This document shows, piece after piece, positions 1-9,228 of a stretch of DNA of 64,000 bases. The position numbers and the translations under genes are program-made. A model generated the notes under the pieces. It was given only the letters and a program-made list of their open reading frames with translations. It ran no database searches and was not told the origin of the DNA. Each line of letters opens with the position of its first letter. Within the stretch, counting starts at the first letter, position 1. The DNA comes from Synechococcus sp. (lineage in GTDB: Bacteria; Cyanobacteriota; Cyanobacteriia; PCC-6307; Cyanobiaceae): assembly GCA_047285305.1 (NCBI GenBank), contig JBJBDL010000003.1, positions 1,408,001 through 1,472,000 of the forward strand, read 5' to 3'.

Positions 1-492
1 CCGCAGCACGCCGTTGCCGAGGTTGCCCGCCAAACCGAGCAGACCCAGCAACCCACTGCCCACACCAGCGGCGAGGGATGAACTGTCGGGCACAAGTTGG
101 CGTGGACCGCTCAGGCCCAGTTGATCCAGGTCGGGGAATGCATCGACGCCATAAATGGCCTCACTGATGCTGTCGATCCAACCGAGTCCCAGGCTCACCA
201 GGGTCTGACCTGCTTCGGGCAGCTTCTGCAACAGCAGTGCGAATTCCTCGAGAAACGGGGGGAAAACAACACCAGCCGCACCGGCTACCAACAACAACAG
301 ACCAACGATGCAGAGCAGCAGGGCCAGGGGCCTTTGCATCGGCCGCCGCTCGCGAAGAATGCCCACCAGCGTGCACAGCGCCATTGCCAGAACCACTGCT
401 GCAAAAATCAGCAGGAGTAGCTCTCGCAGCGACCAAAGCAGGACGATGGCTGCAATGAAGGCTGTCAGTAACAGCCACTGGGGCAGTCTCAA
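1..492 (-). CDS. AI-2E family (PerM-like) permease, runs off window start
   Basis: Hand translation from TTG at 492 (overlapping the psb28 stop): [43 protein letters not shown]..., a typical AI-2E N-terminus; absent from the ORF track because it has no stop in the window. Confidence 0.75.
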   Translation of the reverse strand, partial: MRLPQWLLLTAFIAAIVLLWSLRELLLLIFAAVVLAMALCTLVGILRERRPMQRPLALLLCIVGLLLLVAGAAGVVFPPFLEEFALLLQKLPEAGQTLVSLGLGWIDSISEAIYGVDAFPDLDQLGLSGPRQLVPDSSSLAAGVGSGLLGLLGLAGNLGNGVLR

Positions 493-872
493 GCTTGTTG
501 GTCGTCGGCCCCTTCAGTCTGATTGGAATCCTGGCTTTGTGAATAACCCAAGCCGTTGGCCTCGGCGTAGCGCTGGGCGAAGCGCATGAACCGTTCGAAG
601 TCCTGTTCGGACTTCCACGAGTAAACGGCTTCAAGGGCACTTGCGGTGCCGTTCACGAATTTGCCATTCACTTCACGGGTGACCATTTCGCCTTCTTCAT
701 CCACCATCCACATTCCGGTGATGTCACCCATGGTTTCGGGAGCAATCGCAGCAGGTTGTTCAAAACGGAAGGTCGCTTGACCGGTGCGGCCATCGCGGCT
801 GCGGGTCAGACGGATGTCGGGCACCACCGGCTCATTGACTCCCCGAAAGAACTGAATCGCTGCTTTGCTCAC
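489..872 (-). CDS. psb28: Photosystem II protein Psb28
   Basis: [23 protein letters not shown]...[19 protein letters not shown]. Confidence 0.95.
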   Translation of the reverse strand: MSKAAIQFFRGVNEPVVPDIRLTRSRDGRTGQATFRFEQPAAIAPETMGDITGMWMVDEEGEMVTREVNGKFVNGTASALEAVYSWKSEQDFERFMRFAQRYAEANGLGYSQSQDSNQTEGADDQQA

Positions 873-902
873 GTCGTTCTCGAACCGTCGATGGGGTCGA
901 TC

Positions 903-1946
903 CTAATCGGGGATTTCAACAAACCCGCCGTCGATCAAGGTCTCGGCGGCTTGAGCAGCGCTGACCCCTGAGAGATCGATCGTGTCGCGTCTGGGCGTTC
1001 GCGCCAGTTCATGTTCGTAACAGCGGTCGTAGTAATCGAGCGTGGCGCGGCAGGCGGTGGCCCAGTCTCCCCTGGCAATCGCTTCCAGGGCTTCCTTGGT
1101 GCGCTGGGGCCCAAGGCGTCGACTGATCCGTTCGGTTGCCTCAGCCAGAGCGGCTCCCCCCTGGTGGCCGTACACCTGAACCAATTGGTTCACCCGTTCC
1201 CCTAGGTCGCGCTGAATCTCCAGCACAGGCGCCTCTTGCATCTGATCGAACAGAGCCTTGGGAATGCGGCAGCGGCCTACCTGGATGCTTTCCGCTTCCA
1301 ACCAGATGGATGTGGCCCCACGGCGTTCGTGTTGATCCAAAGCCTCAGCCAATTGGTTCTCGTAGTGCTCGGTGCTGGGTTGATCCGGCAGACCCAGACC
1401 GCCGAAACTGCTGCCGCGGTGGTTGGCCAGCCCTTCCAGGTCAACCACGGCTGCACCGCGCGCTGCCATGGCCAACAGCAGATCGGTTTTCCCTGTTCCC
1501 GTGCGGCCTCCCATCACGCGAAGGGGCCAGATCTGCTCAAATCGACCCTGAGCCCAGCGCCGATAGCTCTTGTAGCCCCCCTGAAGGAGCCTTGGCTTGA
1601 GATCGATCTGCTGGGCAAGCCAGGCCACACTGGCCGAGCGCATTCCGCCCCGCCAGCAGTAGATCCGTGGTTCCCCCTGCTGACGCAGGTTTTCCAATTG
1701 GCGGGCCAGGCTGCTGAGCTTGGGGCCAGTGAGTTCAAGCCCCAGGTGAATCGCTTGTGTTCTGCCCTGCTGTTTGTAAGCGGTGCCGACTGCGGCACGT
1801 TCCTCATCGTTGAACAGCGGCACGTTGATGGCTCCGGGCCAGTGCCCCTTTTCAAATTCGCTGGGGCTGCGAACGTCCACCAGCGGACCTTTCAGCTCGC
1901 GAAGCTGCTGAATCTCGATTGAACCTGTTTCGCCCATGCCTGACAT
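903..1946 (-). CDS. mnmH: tRNA 2-selenouridine synthase (rhodanese + P-loop)
   Basis: DVRSPSEF, YCWRGGMRS, GRTGTGKT, DLEGLANHRGSSFG; start trimmed to ATG 1946. Confidence 0.92.
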   Translation of the reverse strand: MSGMGETGSIEIQQLRELKGPLVDVRSPSEFEKGHWPGAINVPLFNDEERAAVGTAYKQQGRTQAIHLGLELTGPKLSSLARQLENLRQQGEPRIYCWRGGMRSASVAWLAQQIDLKPRLLQGGYKSYRRWAQGRFEQIWPLRVMGGRTGTGKTDLLLAMAARGAAVVDLEGLANHRGSSFGGLGLPDQPSTEHYENQLAEALDQHERRGATSIWLEAESIQVGRCRIPKALFDQMQEAPVLEIQRDLGERVNQLVQVYGHQGGAALAEATERISRRLGPQRTKEALEAIARGDWATACRATLDYYDRCYEHELARTPRRDTIDLSGVSAAQAAETLIDGGFVEIPD

Positions 1947-1985
1947 AGTGGCCAACACCGAGCCAGTTGGGGCCGGTTGCGACTC

Positions 1986-2705
1986 ATGCTCTCCGGTTCC
2001 ACACCCGCCACCAAACTCAGCGTTGATCAGCTGCTGGATCGTTTCGCGAAGGGAACACCTCGCCAGCGACGTCCGCTGATCAAGCAGATCGAAACCCGCG
2101 CTGAGGAGTTGGCTGCGGTGGGTCCTGCCCTTCTCTCTGGTTTCGACCCCGCTGGTGATGACTGGGCTGCAGGTTGGATCTTGCAGGTGTTGCAGCGCCA
2201 CCAGCCCGATGCAGTCACCGCTCTCATCCCGTCGTCCGATCGAGGCTGGTTGACCACTGATTCCGGGGTTGGCCTGGATTACGGGCCGCTGCAGCAGGAG
2301 CTGCTCGATCAGAACTTTGAGGAGGCGGATCGCGTCACCAGCCAGTGCCTGCGCGAATTGGCCGGTGATGCAGCCATGAAACGGGGCTACGTCTACTTCA
2401 CAGAAGTTGCGCCGATGTCAGGCGTTGATCTGGTCAGTCTTGATCGTCTCTGGACGGTCTATTCCCAAGGTCGCTTTGGCTTCACAGCCCAGTCCCAGTT
2501 GTTGTCAGCCCTCGATGGGCGTTACGAACGCCTTTGGCCCCGGATTGGCTGGAAATGCGATGGCGTCTGGACGCGTTATCCCGGTGCATTCACCTGGTCG
2601 ATCGAGGCTCCAGAGGGGCATATGCCGTTGATCAATCAGCTCCGCGGCGTTCGTCTGATGGATTCCCTGTTGAATCATCCGGCACTTGTGGCCCGCAGAT
2701 CCTGA
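1986..2705 (+). CDS. gun4: GUN4 domain protein (Mg-chelatase cofactor)
   Basis: FEEADRVT, DRLWTVYSQGRFGF, APEGHMP motifs. Confidence 0.88.
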   Translation: MLSGSTPATKLSVDQLLDRFAKGTPRQRRPLIKQIETRAEELAAVGPALLSGFDPAGDDWAAGWILQVLQRHQPDAVTALIPSSDRGWLTTDSGVGLDYGPLQQELLDQNFEEADRVTSQCLRELAGDAAMKRGYVYFTEVAPMSGVDLVSLDRLWTVYSQGRFGFTAQSQLLSALDGRYERLWPRIGWKCDGVWTRYPGAFTWSIEAPEGHMPLINQLRGVRLMDSLLNHPALVARRS

Positions 2706-2758
2706 CGGGGCTTCCCATCAACGGTAAGTTCGAAAGACCGACTTCAACGGGCCCCACT

Positions 2759-3196
2759 GTGCCGTCCAAGAGGTTTCGCTGGGCTGAGTTCACCTTGCCG
2801 TCGACCCTGCAGCTGGCTCCTCTGTTAGAGCTGCTGACCGAGCCCATCGGTTGTGTTCTCACCAGTCAGCGAATTGAGCTGGGATTGCATGAAGCCCTGG
2901 TCAATGCCGTTCGCCATGGCAACGCTGAGAACCCCGCCAAGAAGCTCCGTGTTCGCCGCATCCTCACGCCCAATTGGATGGTCTGGCAGGTTCAGGATGA
3001 GGGTTGCGGCCTCCCACAACAGTCCCGCACAGCTACCTTGCCGCCGGCCCTCGATGCTCCTAGCGGCCGTGGGTTATTCCTGATCCATCAATGCTTTGAC
3101 GATGTGCGCTGGAGCCGCCGGGGGAATCGCCTGCAGCTGGCCTGCCGACGGCCCGTCAGTGACGCGGACAGCCCGGATCCTTCAGCTCTCCTTTGA
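2759..3196 (+). CDS. Anti-sigma factor / HATPase_c (RsbW-like) protein
   Basis: LGLHEALVNAVRHGN, DEGCG, SGRGLFLI; start at GTG 2759 inferred. Confidence 0.8.
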   Translation: MPSKRFRWAEFTLPSTLQLAPLLELLTEPIGCVLTSQRIELGLHEALVNAVRHGNAENPAKKLRVRRILTPNWMVWQVQDEGCGLPQQSRTATLPPALDAPSGRGLFLIHQCFDDVRWSRRGNRLQLACRRPVSDADSPDPSALL

Positions 3197-3410
3197 ACCA
3201 CCCCAGCGCCTGTTGGGTCAGGTTCTCCACGTCGGCACTCTTTCCTTGGCGGAGCAATTGCACTATCGCTGCAGACAGTAACTCAGCTCCACGCCGCTGT
3301 CGGTTGCTTTTCAGTTGATGCCAGTCGCGATCGCCGATGCGGAGCAACTGGTGCAGTTCTTCCGCCTTGTCTGTGGCGGAGTCGGGCCATGGGGCGTCGG
3401 GTGAAGTCAT
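3156..3410 (-). CDS. Conserved cyanobacterial small protein (DUF6439-like)
   Basis: DRDWHQLKSN...RGAELL...ALGW...DPGCPRH. Confidence 0.7.
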   Translation of the reverse strand: MTSPDAPWPDSATDKAEELHQLLRIGDRDWHQLKSNRQRRGAELLSAAIVQLLRQGKSADVENLTQQALGWFKGELKDPGCPRH

Positions 3411-3528
3411 CCCTGAATCAGCAGATGGATCCAGTTTCGGGTGATGTGGGTGCATCGGCGTGGAACAGCGCAAAGGCCAACGACGCGTTCGTGAACTGAA
3501 TTGATTTCACCATGCCTCACGGCTGGGG

Positions 3529-3729
3529 TTGCAAGGGCAATGTCAGGCCGATTCCCGGTCGGATGTTCCGGCGCGGCGATGGGTGCAGCGCCGCAAACTT
3601 GATACGAATCTGATAACGCAACGGCCTTCGGTCTGGGCCTTCTCACCAGTGTCTGGGGAGCGCTTCTGGAGAGACTTACGCTCAGGTGGGACAGGCTTTG
3701 CCTTGGCCTGGATGCTGGCGCAGCTTTGA
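3529..3729 (+). CDS. Hypothetical protein; may be N-terminally interrupted
   Basis: ORF ending ERFWRDLRSGGTGFALAWMLAQL; in-frame GTG at 3460 is separated from it by a single TGA at 3502. Confidence 0.5.
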   Translation: MQGQCQADSRSDVPARRWVQRRKLDTNLITQRPSVWAFSPVSGERFWRDLRSGGTGFALAWMLAQL

Positions 3730-3742
3730 ACGCGTCAGGAGA

Positions 3743-4057
3743 TTAGGCCACCCGTTGGCGATGGGCCTGGCCAACCACCACCAGCGAATTCGAGGCCGGT
3801 GCCGATTCCTTCGTGGGTGAAACCCCCGCGGGCTGTGCCATGTCATTACCGCGAAGCCAGGCATTGTGAAGTGCTCGCCTGCGACGATCTTCAGACAACA
3901 CCAAACGATCGGCTGCAGCCTGAGGACTTTCCCCAGGAATCACGGCCGTGCGCAGGCAGATACCGAACCCATGGGCTTCGACCTGCACATGGCCTTCCAT
4001 CAGCACCACCTGGAATGTCCAGCCCTGAAGCCAACGCAGCCGGAAGGGATTGGTCAT
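3743..4057 (-). CDS. Hypothetical protein
   Basis: 104 aa ORF with ATG start, co-directional with the upstream methyltransferase. Confidence 0.7.
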   Translation of the reverse strand: MTNPFRLRWLQGWTFQVVLMEGHVQVEAHGFGICLRTAVIPGESPQAAADRLVLSEDRRRRALHNAWLRGNDMAQPAGVSPTKESAPASNSLVVVGQAHRQRVA

Positions 4058-4131
4058 GACGTTCCCTTCGGGATTCAGCTCACCCTATGGCTCGCAACCG
4101 TTCGTGCAAGGGACGCTGTCAGGGAATCCCC

Positions 4132-5205
4132 TCAGCTGGCCTTTGCGATGGGTTTGCGTGCGGACCAGACCCTCGTCATGAAGTGGGTTTCCGCAGTGAT
4201 GCCCTCGAACCCTGCAGCTGAGAGGCGGGCGTCGATGTTGTCGCCGATGTAGTCGCGGTAGTAGGGCTCATGGAAGACGCGCCGGAAGTTCTCCATCACG
4301 GAGGCGAACTTGGCTGAATCGGCCATCTGCACAGAGTCGGCAAGCACGAACACACCGCCGGGCTCAAGCACCCGCCAGGCCTCGTTCAGCACGTTTTGGC
4401 GGGCATCCGCCGGTAGTTCGTGCAGCAGGAACACACTGGTGACGGCCTGAACCGATCCATCGGCCAAGGGCAGTGATTCCCCGTTGGCACGGATCAGCTG
4501 AACCAGCGATGCATCGCCGTCATTCAGCCAGCGGTTGGCTTGACGCAGGTACGACTCGGAGAGATCGGTTCCGATTAGCTGTGCGTGGGGGACGGCGGCG
4601 CGGATCTGCTGAAGGGTCCGGCCGGTGCCAGTGGCCACATCGAGAATTTTGAGGGAACCCGGAGCACGGTCTGCGAAGTGCTTCAAGCCGCGTTTCAGCG
4701 GAGCCAAAACCCTGCGCCGCATGGCATCGGCGGTGCCATTGAAGAGGATCTCCACCTGCAGGTCGTAAAGACCAGCCGAGTGGTCACTCAGGTAGCCGTC
4801 GGTTTGATGGTGAAAATTCTGGAGGTAGTACTCGGGATAGAGAGCTTTTTCGGTCTCCTTGGGTAGGTCCCGCACATTGCGCACGCGACGTCGATCCCAG
4901 GTGGATGGAAGATCCATCCAAACCTGCGGGTAGCGGCTGACCCAGTCGAGCCAGGGTGCATCGAACAACAACTGCTCGGGGTAGACCCCCTGTTCGGCGT
5001 CCTGCCAGTCCTGTTCCTGGAGCTTGTTCATGTCGAGCCGGAGCTCTCCAAGAACTTCGGCGGACACGGGCTCCGTTTTCGGCACCGCATCCGGCGCCAA
5101 CAGCTCCATCAACTTGGTGCTCAGCTCCTTGTGGGCCAGGCCCGCGATGCTTTTGCCTTGCTGAAGCGTTTGGTACGCAAGCTTGCTCAGGGGCGTTGAC
5201 GCCAT
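4132..5205 (-). CDS. Class I SAM-dependent methyltransferase (UbiE-like)
   Basis: YYLQNFHHQTDGYLS, ILDVATGTG, VFLLHELP. Confidence 0.88.
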   Translation of the reverse strand: MASTPLSKLAYQTLQQGKSIAGLAHKELSTKLMELLAPDAVPKTEPVSAEVLGELRLDMNKLQEQDWQDAEQGVYPEQLLFDAPWLDWVSRYPQVWMDLPSTWDRRRVRNVRDLPKETEKALYPEYYLQNFHHQTDGYLSDHSAGLYDLQVEILFNGTADAMRRRVLAPLKRGLKHFADRAPGSLKILDVATGTGRTLQQIRAAVPHAQLIGTDLSESYLRQANRWLNDGDASLVQLIRANGESLPLADGSVQAVTSVFLLHELPADARQNVLNEAWRVLEPGGVFVLADSVQMADSAKFASVMENFRRVFHEPYYRDYIGDNIDARLSAAGFEGITAETHFMTRVWSARKPIAKAS

Positions 5206-5270
5206 CGCGGATTCAGACAACAGAACCATTCCAACGAATGAGACGCGCAATCGCGTGGCCAGCAGTCCAC

Positions 5271-5299
5271 AAAAAAACCCGCCTCCTCGGAGGCGGGTT
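5271..5299 (-). terminator. Intrinsic terminator of glnA
   Basis: AACCCGCCTCC-TC-GGAGGCGGGTT stem with a 7-A run on the left (U tract on the minus strand). Confidence 0.85.
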
Positions 5300-5319
5300 G
5301 TGCGATGTATGGGCGCTGA

Positions 5320-6741
5320 TCAAGCGTCGTAGTACATGGTGAATTCGTGGGGGTGCGGCCGCTGGCGCAGTTGCTGAACCTCCTCGTACTTCAGGTCGAT
5401 CCAGTTGTCGATGAAGTCGTCGCTGAACACACCGCCAGCGGTGAGGAAGCCGCGGTCGGCATTCAACGCTTCCAGTGCACCGTTGAGGGATGCAGGAACT
5501 GTGGCGATCTTCGAGAGCTCTTCAGCCGGAAGTTCGAACAGGTCGCGATCTTCGCCATCGCCGGGGTCGATCTGGTTCTTGATGCCATCCAGGCCGGCCA
5601 TCATCATGGCGCTGAAGGCCAGGTAGGGGTTGGCGAGGGCATCGCCGGAACGGAACTCGAGGCGCTTGGCCTTCGGGCTTGGGCCGGTGAGCGGAATCCG
5701 CACGGCGGCAGAGCGGTTGCCCTCGGAGTAAACGAGGTTCACCGGGGCTTCGAAACCGGGCACCAGACGCTTGTAGCTGTTGGTTGTGGGGTTGGTGAAG
5801 GCCAGGAATGCAGGGGCGTGCTTGAGGATGCCGCCGATGTACCAGCGGGCCGTCTGCGAGAGGTTGGCGTAGGTGCCTTCACCGAAAAACAGCGGCTGAC
5901 CGCCCTTCCAGAGGCTCTGGTGCACGTGCATGCCGGAGCCGTTGTCGTTGAAGACCGGCTTGGGCATGAAGGTGGCCGTCTTGCCGTACTTTTTGGCCAC
6001 GTTGCGCACGACGTACTTGTACGTCATCACGTTGTCGGCGGCCTGGATTAGCTCAGCAAATTTCATGCCGAGTTCGTGCTGACCTGCACCTGCCACCTCG
6101 TGGTGGTGCTTCTCGGTGGGAATGCCCAGCTGACCCATCAGCAGGAGCATCTCGGAGCGGATGTCCTGGGCGGTGTCGTTGGGAGCGACAGGGAAGTAGC
6201 CCTCCTTCTCCTGGATCTTGTAGGCCAGGTTGCCGCCTTCTTCGATCCGTCCGGTGTTCCAACCCGCTTCGATCGTGTCAACGCTGTAGAAGGAACCCCC
6301 TTCAGCCGAGTTGTAGCGGACGTCGTCGAAGAGGAAGAACTCCGGCTCAGGACCGAAGAAGGCCATGTCGGCCAGGCCGGTGCTGGCAAGATGATTTAGT
6401 GCCCGCTGAGCCAGGGCACGGGGGCAGCGCTCGTAAGGCTGGCCGGTGCGTGGCTCCTGAATCGAGCAGATCATGCTCAGGGTTTTGTGCCGGTAGAAGG
6501 GGTCAACCCAGGCCGTGTTTGCGTCCGGCACCATTGCCATGTCGGAGGCCTGGATGCCTTTCCAGCCGCGGATGGATGAGCCGTCAAAAGCCAGGCCCTC
6601 AGTGAAGGATTCTTCCTCCAGCAGATCGGTGCAGACAGTCAGGTGCTGCCACTTGCCGTGCAGATCGGTGAATTTGAGGTCGATCAGTTCGATGCCTTCG
6701 TCCTTGATCTGGCGCAGGACGTCCTGGGGGGATTTCGACAT
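5320..6741 (-). CDS. glnA: Glutamine synthetase type I
   Basis: [47 protein letters not shown] at 6741. Confidence 0.98.
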   Translation of the reverse strand: MSKSPQDVLRQIKDEGIELIDLKFTDLHGKWQHLTVCTDLLEEESFTEGLAFDGSSIRGWKGIQASDMAMVPDANTAWVDPFYRHKTLSMICSIQEPRTGQPYERCPRALAQRALNHLASTGLADMAFFGPEPEFFLFDDVRYNSAEGGSFYSVDTIEAGWNTGRIEEGGNLAYKIQEKEGYFPVAPNDTAQDIRSEMLLLMGQLGIPTEKHHHEVAGAGQHELGMKFAELIQAADNVMTYKYVVRNVAKKYGKTATFMPKPVFNDNGSGMHVHQSLWKGGQPLFFGEGTYANLSQTARWYIGGILKHAPAFLAFTNPTTNSYKRLVPGFEAPVNLVYSEGNRSAAVRIPLTGPSPKAKRLEFRSGDALANPYLAFSAMMMAGLDGIKNQIDPGDGEDRDLFELPAEELSKIATVPASLNGALEALNADRGFLTAGGVFSDDFIDNWIDLKYEEVQQLRQRPHPHEFTMYYDA

Positions 6742-6778
6742 AAGAAGGGACTGCTCGACTGAATTGTGCAGTGATGTG

Positions 6779-6820
6779 ACCGTATATAGCCACAAGACAC
6801 CATTTTGTATCAAGAGGTAC
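6779..6820 (-). promoter_or_regulatory. NtcA-activated glnA promoter
   Basis: GTA-N8-TAC (GTATCAAGAGGTAC, 6807-6820), 22-nt spacer, then TAN3T -10 box (TACGGT on the minus strand, 6779-6784). Confidence 0.9.
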
Positions 6821-6947
6821 GTTTCAGACGCCAGAGGGCGGCTGCGTAACCGTTTCTGTCAACTTGGCTGAAATGCAGGCATGCCAAAGGATCTGCCCGC
6901 CTCAACGGTGTTAGCTTCCGCTGGGGATCCTCTGGAGATTCAGGGAC

Positions 6948-7472
6948 ATGCGCGATGCAATCAGCGGTCTGATCGGTCGCTACGACCAACTGGGTCGTTA
7001 TTTCGATCGTCCGGCGATAGACAGCATCAATGCATATCTAGATGAATCCGCGCTGCGGATTCAGGCTGTTGAACTGATCAATGGATCCTCGGCCGAGATT
7101 GTGCGTGAGGCCAGCCAGCGCCTATTCCGTGATGAGCCCGACCTTTTGCTGCCTGGTGGCAACGCATACACCACCCGTAGGCTCGCCGCCTGTCTTCGGG
7201 ATATGGACTATTTCCTGCGTTACGCCAGCTACGCCCTGGTTGCGGGGGACTCCACGATCCTCAATGAGCGTGTGCTGAACGGTCTCGACGACACCTACAA
7301 GAGTCTCGGTGTTCCCACCGGTCCAACTGTCCGCAGCATCGTTCTCTTGGGAGAGGTTGTTTCCGAGATGCTCCTGGCCAATGGTGCTGCATCCGATCAG
7401 CTCGCCACCGTTCTTCAGCCTTTTGATCACCTGGCCAAGGGCCTGGGCGAAACCAACGTGCGCCAGCGCTGA
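6948..7472 (+). CDS. apcF: Allophycocyanin beta-18 subunit
   Basis: MRDAISGLIGRYD, PGGNAYTTRRLAACLRDMDYFLRYA. Confidence 0.93.
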   Translation: MRDAISGLIGRYDQLGRYFDRPAIDSINAYLDESALRIQAVELINGSSAEIVREASQRLFRDEPDLLLPGGNAYTTRRLAACLRDMDYFLRYASYALVAGDSTILNERVLNGLDDTYKSLGVPTGPTVRSIVLLGEVVSEMLLANGAASDQLATVLQPFDHLAKGLGETNVRQR

Positions 7473-7579
7473 GTCGGCACGCTCAACGCAGGATTTGAAC
7501 AGATTGCAATCAAACCTCCTTCACCCCTGCCAAGGGGCGTGACTGCGTAGGCTCAACACTCGAACCAACGAACAGGGCT

Positions 7580-8764
7580 TTGGCGACGACGAACTCACTC
7601 CTTCCTGTTGACGATCGTCACCGCAAAGCCTTTGCACCGATCGGCACACCCGACCGCCTCCTGCTTGGACCGGGCCCCTCCAACGCCCATCCAACGGTTC
7701 TGAAGGCTCTTTCGAGAACCCCGATTGGTCACCTTGATCCTCTGTATGTGGATCTAATGGGCGAAGTGCAGGAACTGCTGCGATACTCCTGGCAAACCGA
7801 CAACCGTCTCACGCTTCCGATGAGCGGCACCGGCAGTGCTGCCATGGAGGCAACCATCGCCAACACAGTTGAGCCTGGAGACACCGTTCTGGTGGCGGTG
7901 AAGGGATACTTCGGCCTGCGATTGGCTGACATGGCCGGCCGCTACCGAGCTGAGGTGAATACCATTGAGAAGCCCTGGGGTGAGTGGTTTTCCCTCGATG
8001 AGCTGGAAGCTGCCCTGATTGAGCACAAGCCAGCCATCCTGGCGATGGTTCATGCCGAAACTTCAACGGGTGTCTGTCAACCCATGGAGGGCATCGGCGA
8101 CCTCTGCCGGAAGCATGATTGCCTCCTCCTGCTCGATACCGTCACCTCTCTGGGGGGCGTGCCGCTTTACATCGATGACTGGAAAGTCGATCTCGCCTAC
8201 AGCTGCAGCCAGAAGGGTCTGAGCTGCCCTCCCGGTTTAGGACCCTTCACCATGGGTCCCCGTGCCGAGGCCAAAATGACAGCCCGTCAGGGCAAGGTGC
8301 CCAACTGGTATCTGGACGTCTCCTTGCTGAACCAGTACTGGGGCAGCGACCGCGTCTATCACCACACCGCGCCGGTCAACATGAACTTCGGCATGCGTGA
8401 GGCCCTGCGTCTCCTGGCTGAAGAAGGTCTCGACCAGGCTTGGGCACGCCATCGCAGCAATGCGGAGATGCTCTGGAGTGGGCTCGAAAGTCTCGGCCTT
8501 TCGATGCATGTGCCGGCCGAGCGCCGACTGCCCACCCTCACCACAGTGCGTATCCCTGAAGGTGTGGATGGCAAGGCCTTCAGCCAACATCTGCTCAACA
8601 ACCACGGAATTGAAGTTGGTGGTGGACTCGGCAGCCTGGCCGGCAAAATCTGGCGCATCGGCCTGATGGGGTACAACTCCACCCCTGAAAACGTGAACCG
8701 TCTGCTCAACCTGTTTGAGACTGAGTTGCCTCGCTTCAGCGGTTCCGTCGCCGCCGCTGCCTGA
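7580..8764 (+). CDS. spt: Alanine-glyoxylate / serine-pyruvate aminotransferase (class V)
   Basis: LLLGPGPSN, HAETSTGV, SCSQKGLSCPPG, YHHTAPVN, WRIGLMG. Confidence 0.9.
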   Translation: MATTNSLLPVDDRHRKAFAPIGTPDRLLLGPGPSNAHPTVLKALSRTPIGHLDPLYVDLMGEVQELLRYSWQTDNRLTLPMSGTGSAAMEATIANTVEPGDTVLVAVKGYFGLRLADMAGRYRAEVNTIEKPWGEWFSLDELEAALIEHKPAILAMVHAETSTGVCQPMEGIGDLCRKHDCLLLLDTVTSLGGVPLYIDDWKVDLAYSCSQKGLSCPPGLGPFTMGPRAEAKMTARQGKVPNWYLDVSLLNQYWGSDRVYHHTAPVNMNFGMREALRLLAEEGLDQAWARHRSNAEMLWSGLESLGLSMHVPAERRLPTLTTVRIPEGVDGKAFSQHLLNNHGIEVGGGLGSLAGKIWRIGLMGYNSTPENVNRLLNLFETELPRFSGSVAAAA

Positions 8765-9209
8765 ACCAGCGCTCCAGCTGCTCCCTCGCCTCCGGCTCGC
8801 GCACGCCCTGAATCACCTTCATGTTGTGATGGGCACTGCCATGGGTGGAGAGGTCAAGGCTTCCCCCCAGGCCACCACGCTTGGGATCTGACGCCGCAAA
8901 AATCACAGTTCCCATGCGGGCCTGCACCAAGGCCCCCGCACACATGGGGCATGGTTCGAGGGTAACGATCAGGGTGCAGGTGTTGAATCTCCAGTCGTCC
9001 TGAACGATCGCTGCCTGTTGCAAGGCCACCAGTTCGGCATGCCCGAGGGGATCCCTGTCGTTCTGGCGCCGGTTGCGTCCATGGCCGATGGCTCGTCCCT
9101 GTCCATCCAGGATCACAGCGGCCACCGGAACTTCTCCTTCCGCTCCAGCCTCCTCAGCGCGCTGGAGCAGAACATCCATCCAGCGAGTGAACTCATCCCG
9201 CTGATCCAC
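8736..9209 (-). CDS. tadA: tRNA adenosine(34) deaminase
   Basis: GEVPVAAV, HAE, TLEPCPMCAGA; start uncertain. Confidence 0.88.
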   Translation of the reverse strand: MDQRDEFTRWMDVLLQRAEEAGAEGEVPVAAVILDGQGRAIGHGRNRRQNDRDPLGHAELVALQQAAIVQDDWRFNTCTLIVTLEPCPMCAGALVQARMGTVIFAASDPKRGGLGGSLDLSTHGSAHHNMKVIQGVREPEAREQLERWFRQRRRRNR

Positions 9210-9228
9210 CGCTGTTCCACCTTGTCCT

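Noticed and set aside
3502..3504. In-frame TGA as selenocysteine because selU/mnmH is nearby
   Set aside because: MnmH modifies tRNA and does not imply Sec decoding; no selA/selB/selC in the window and no redox-motif context.
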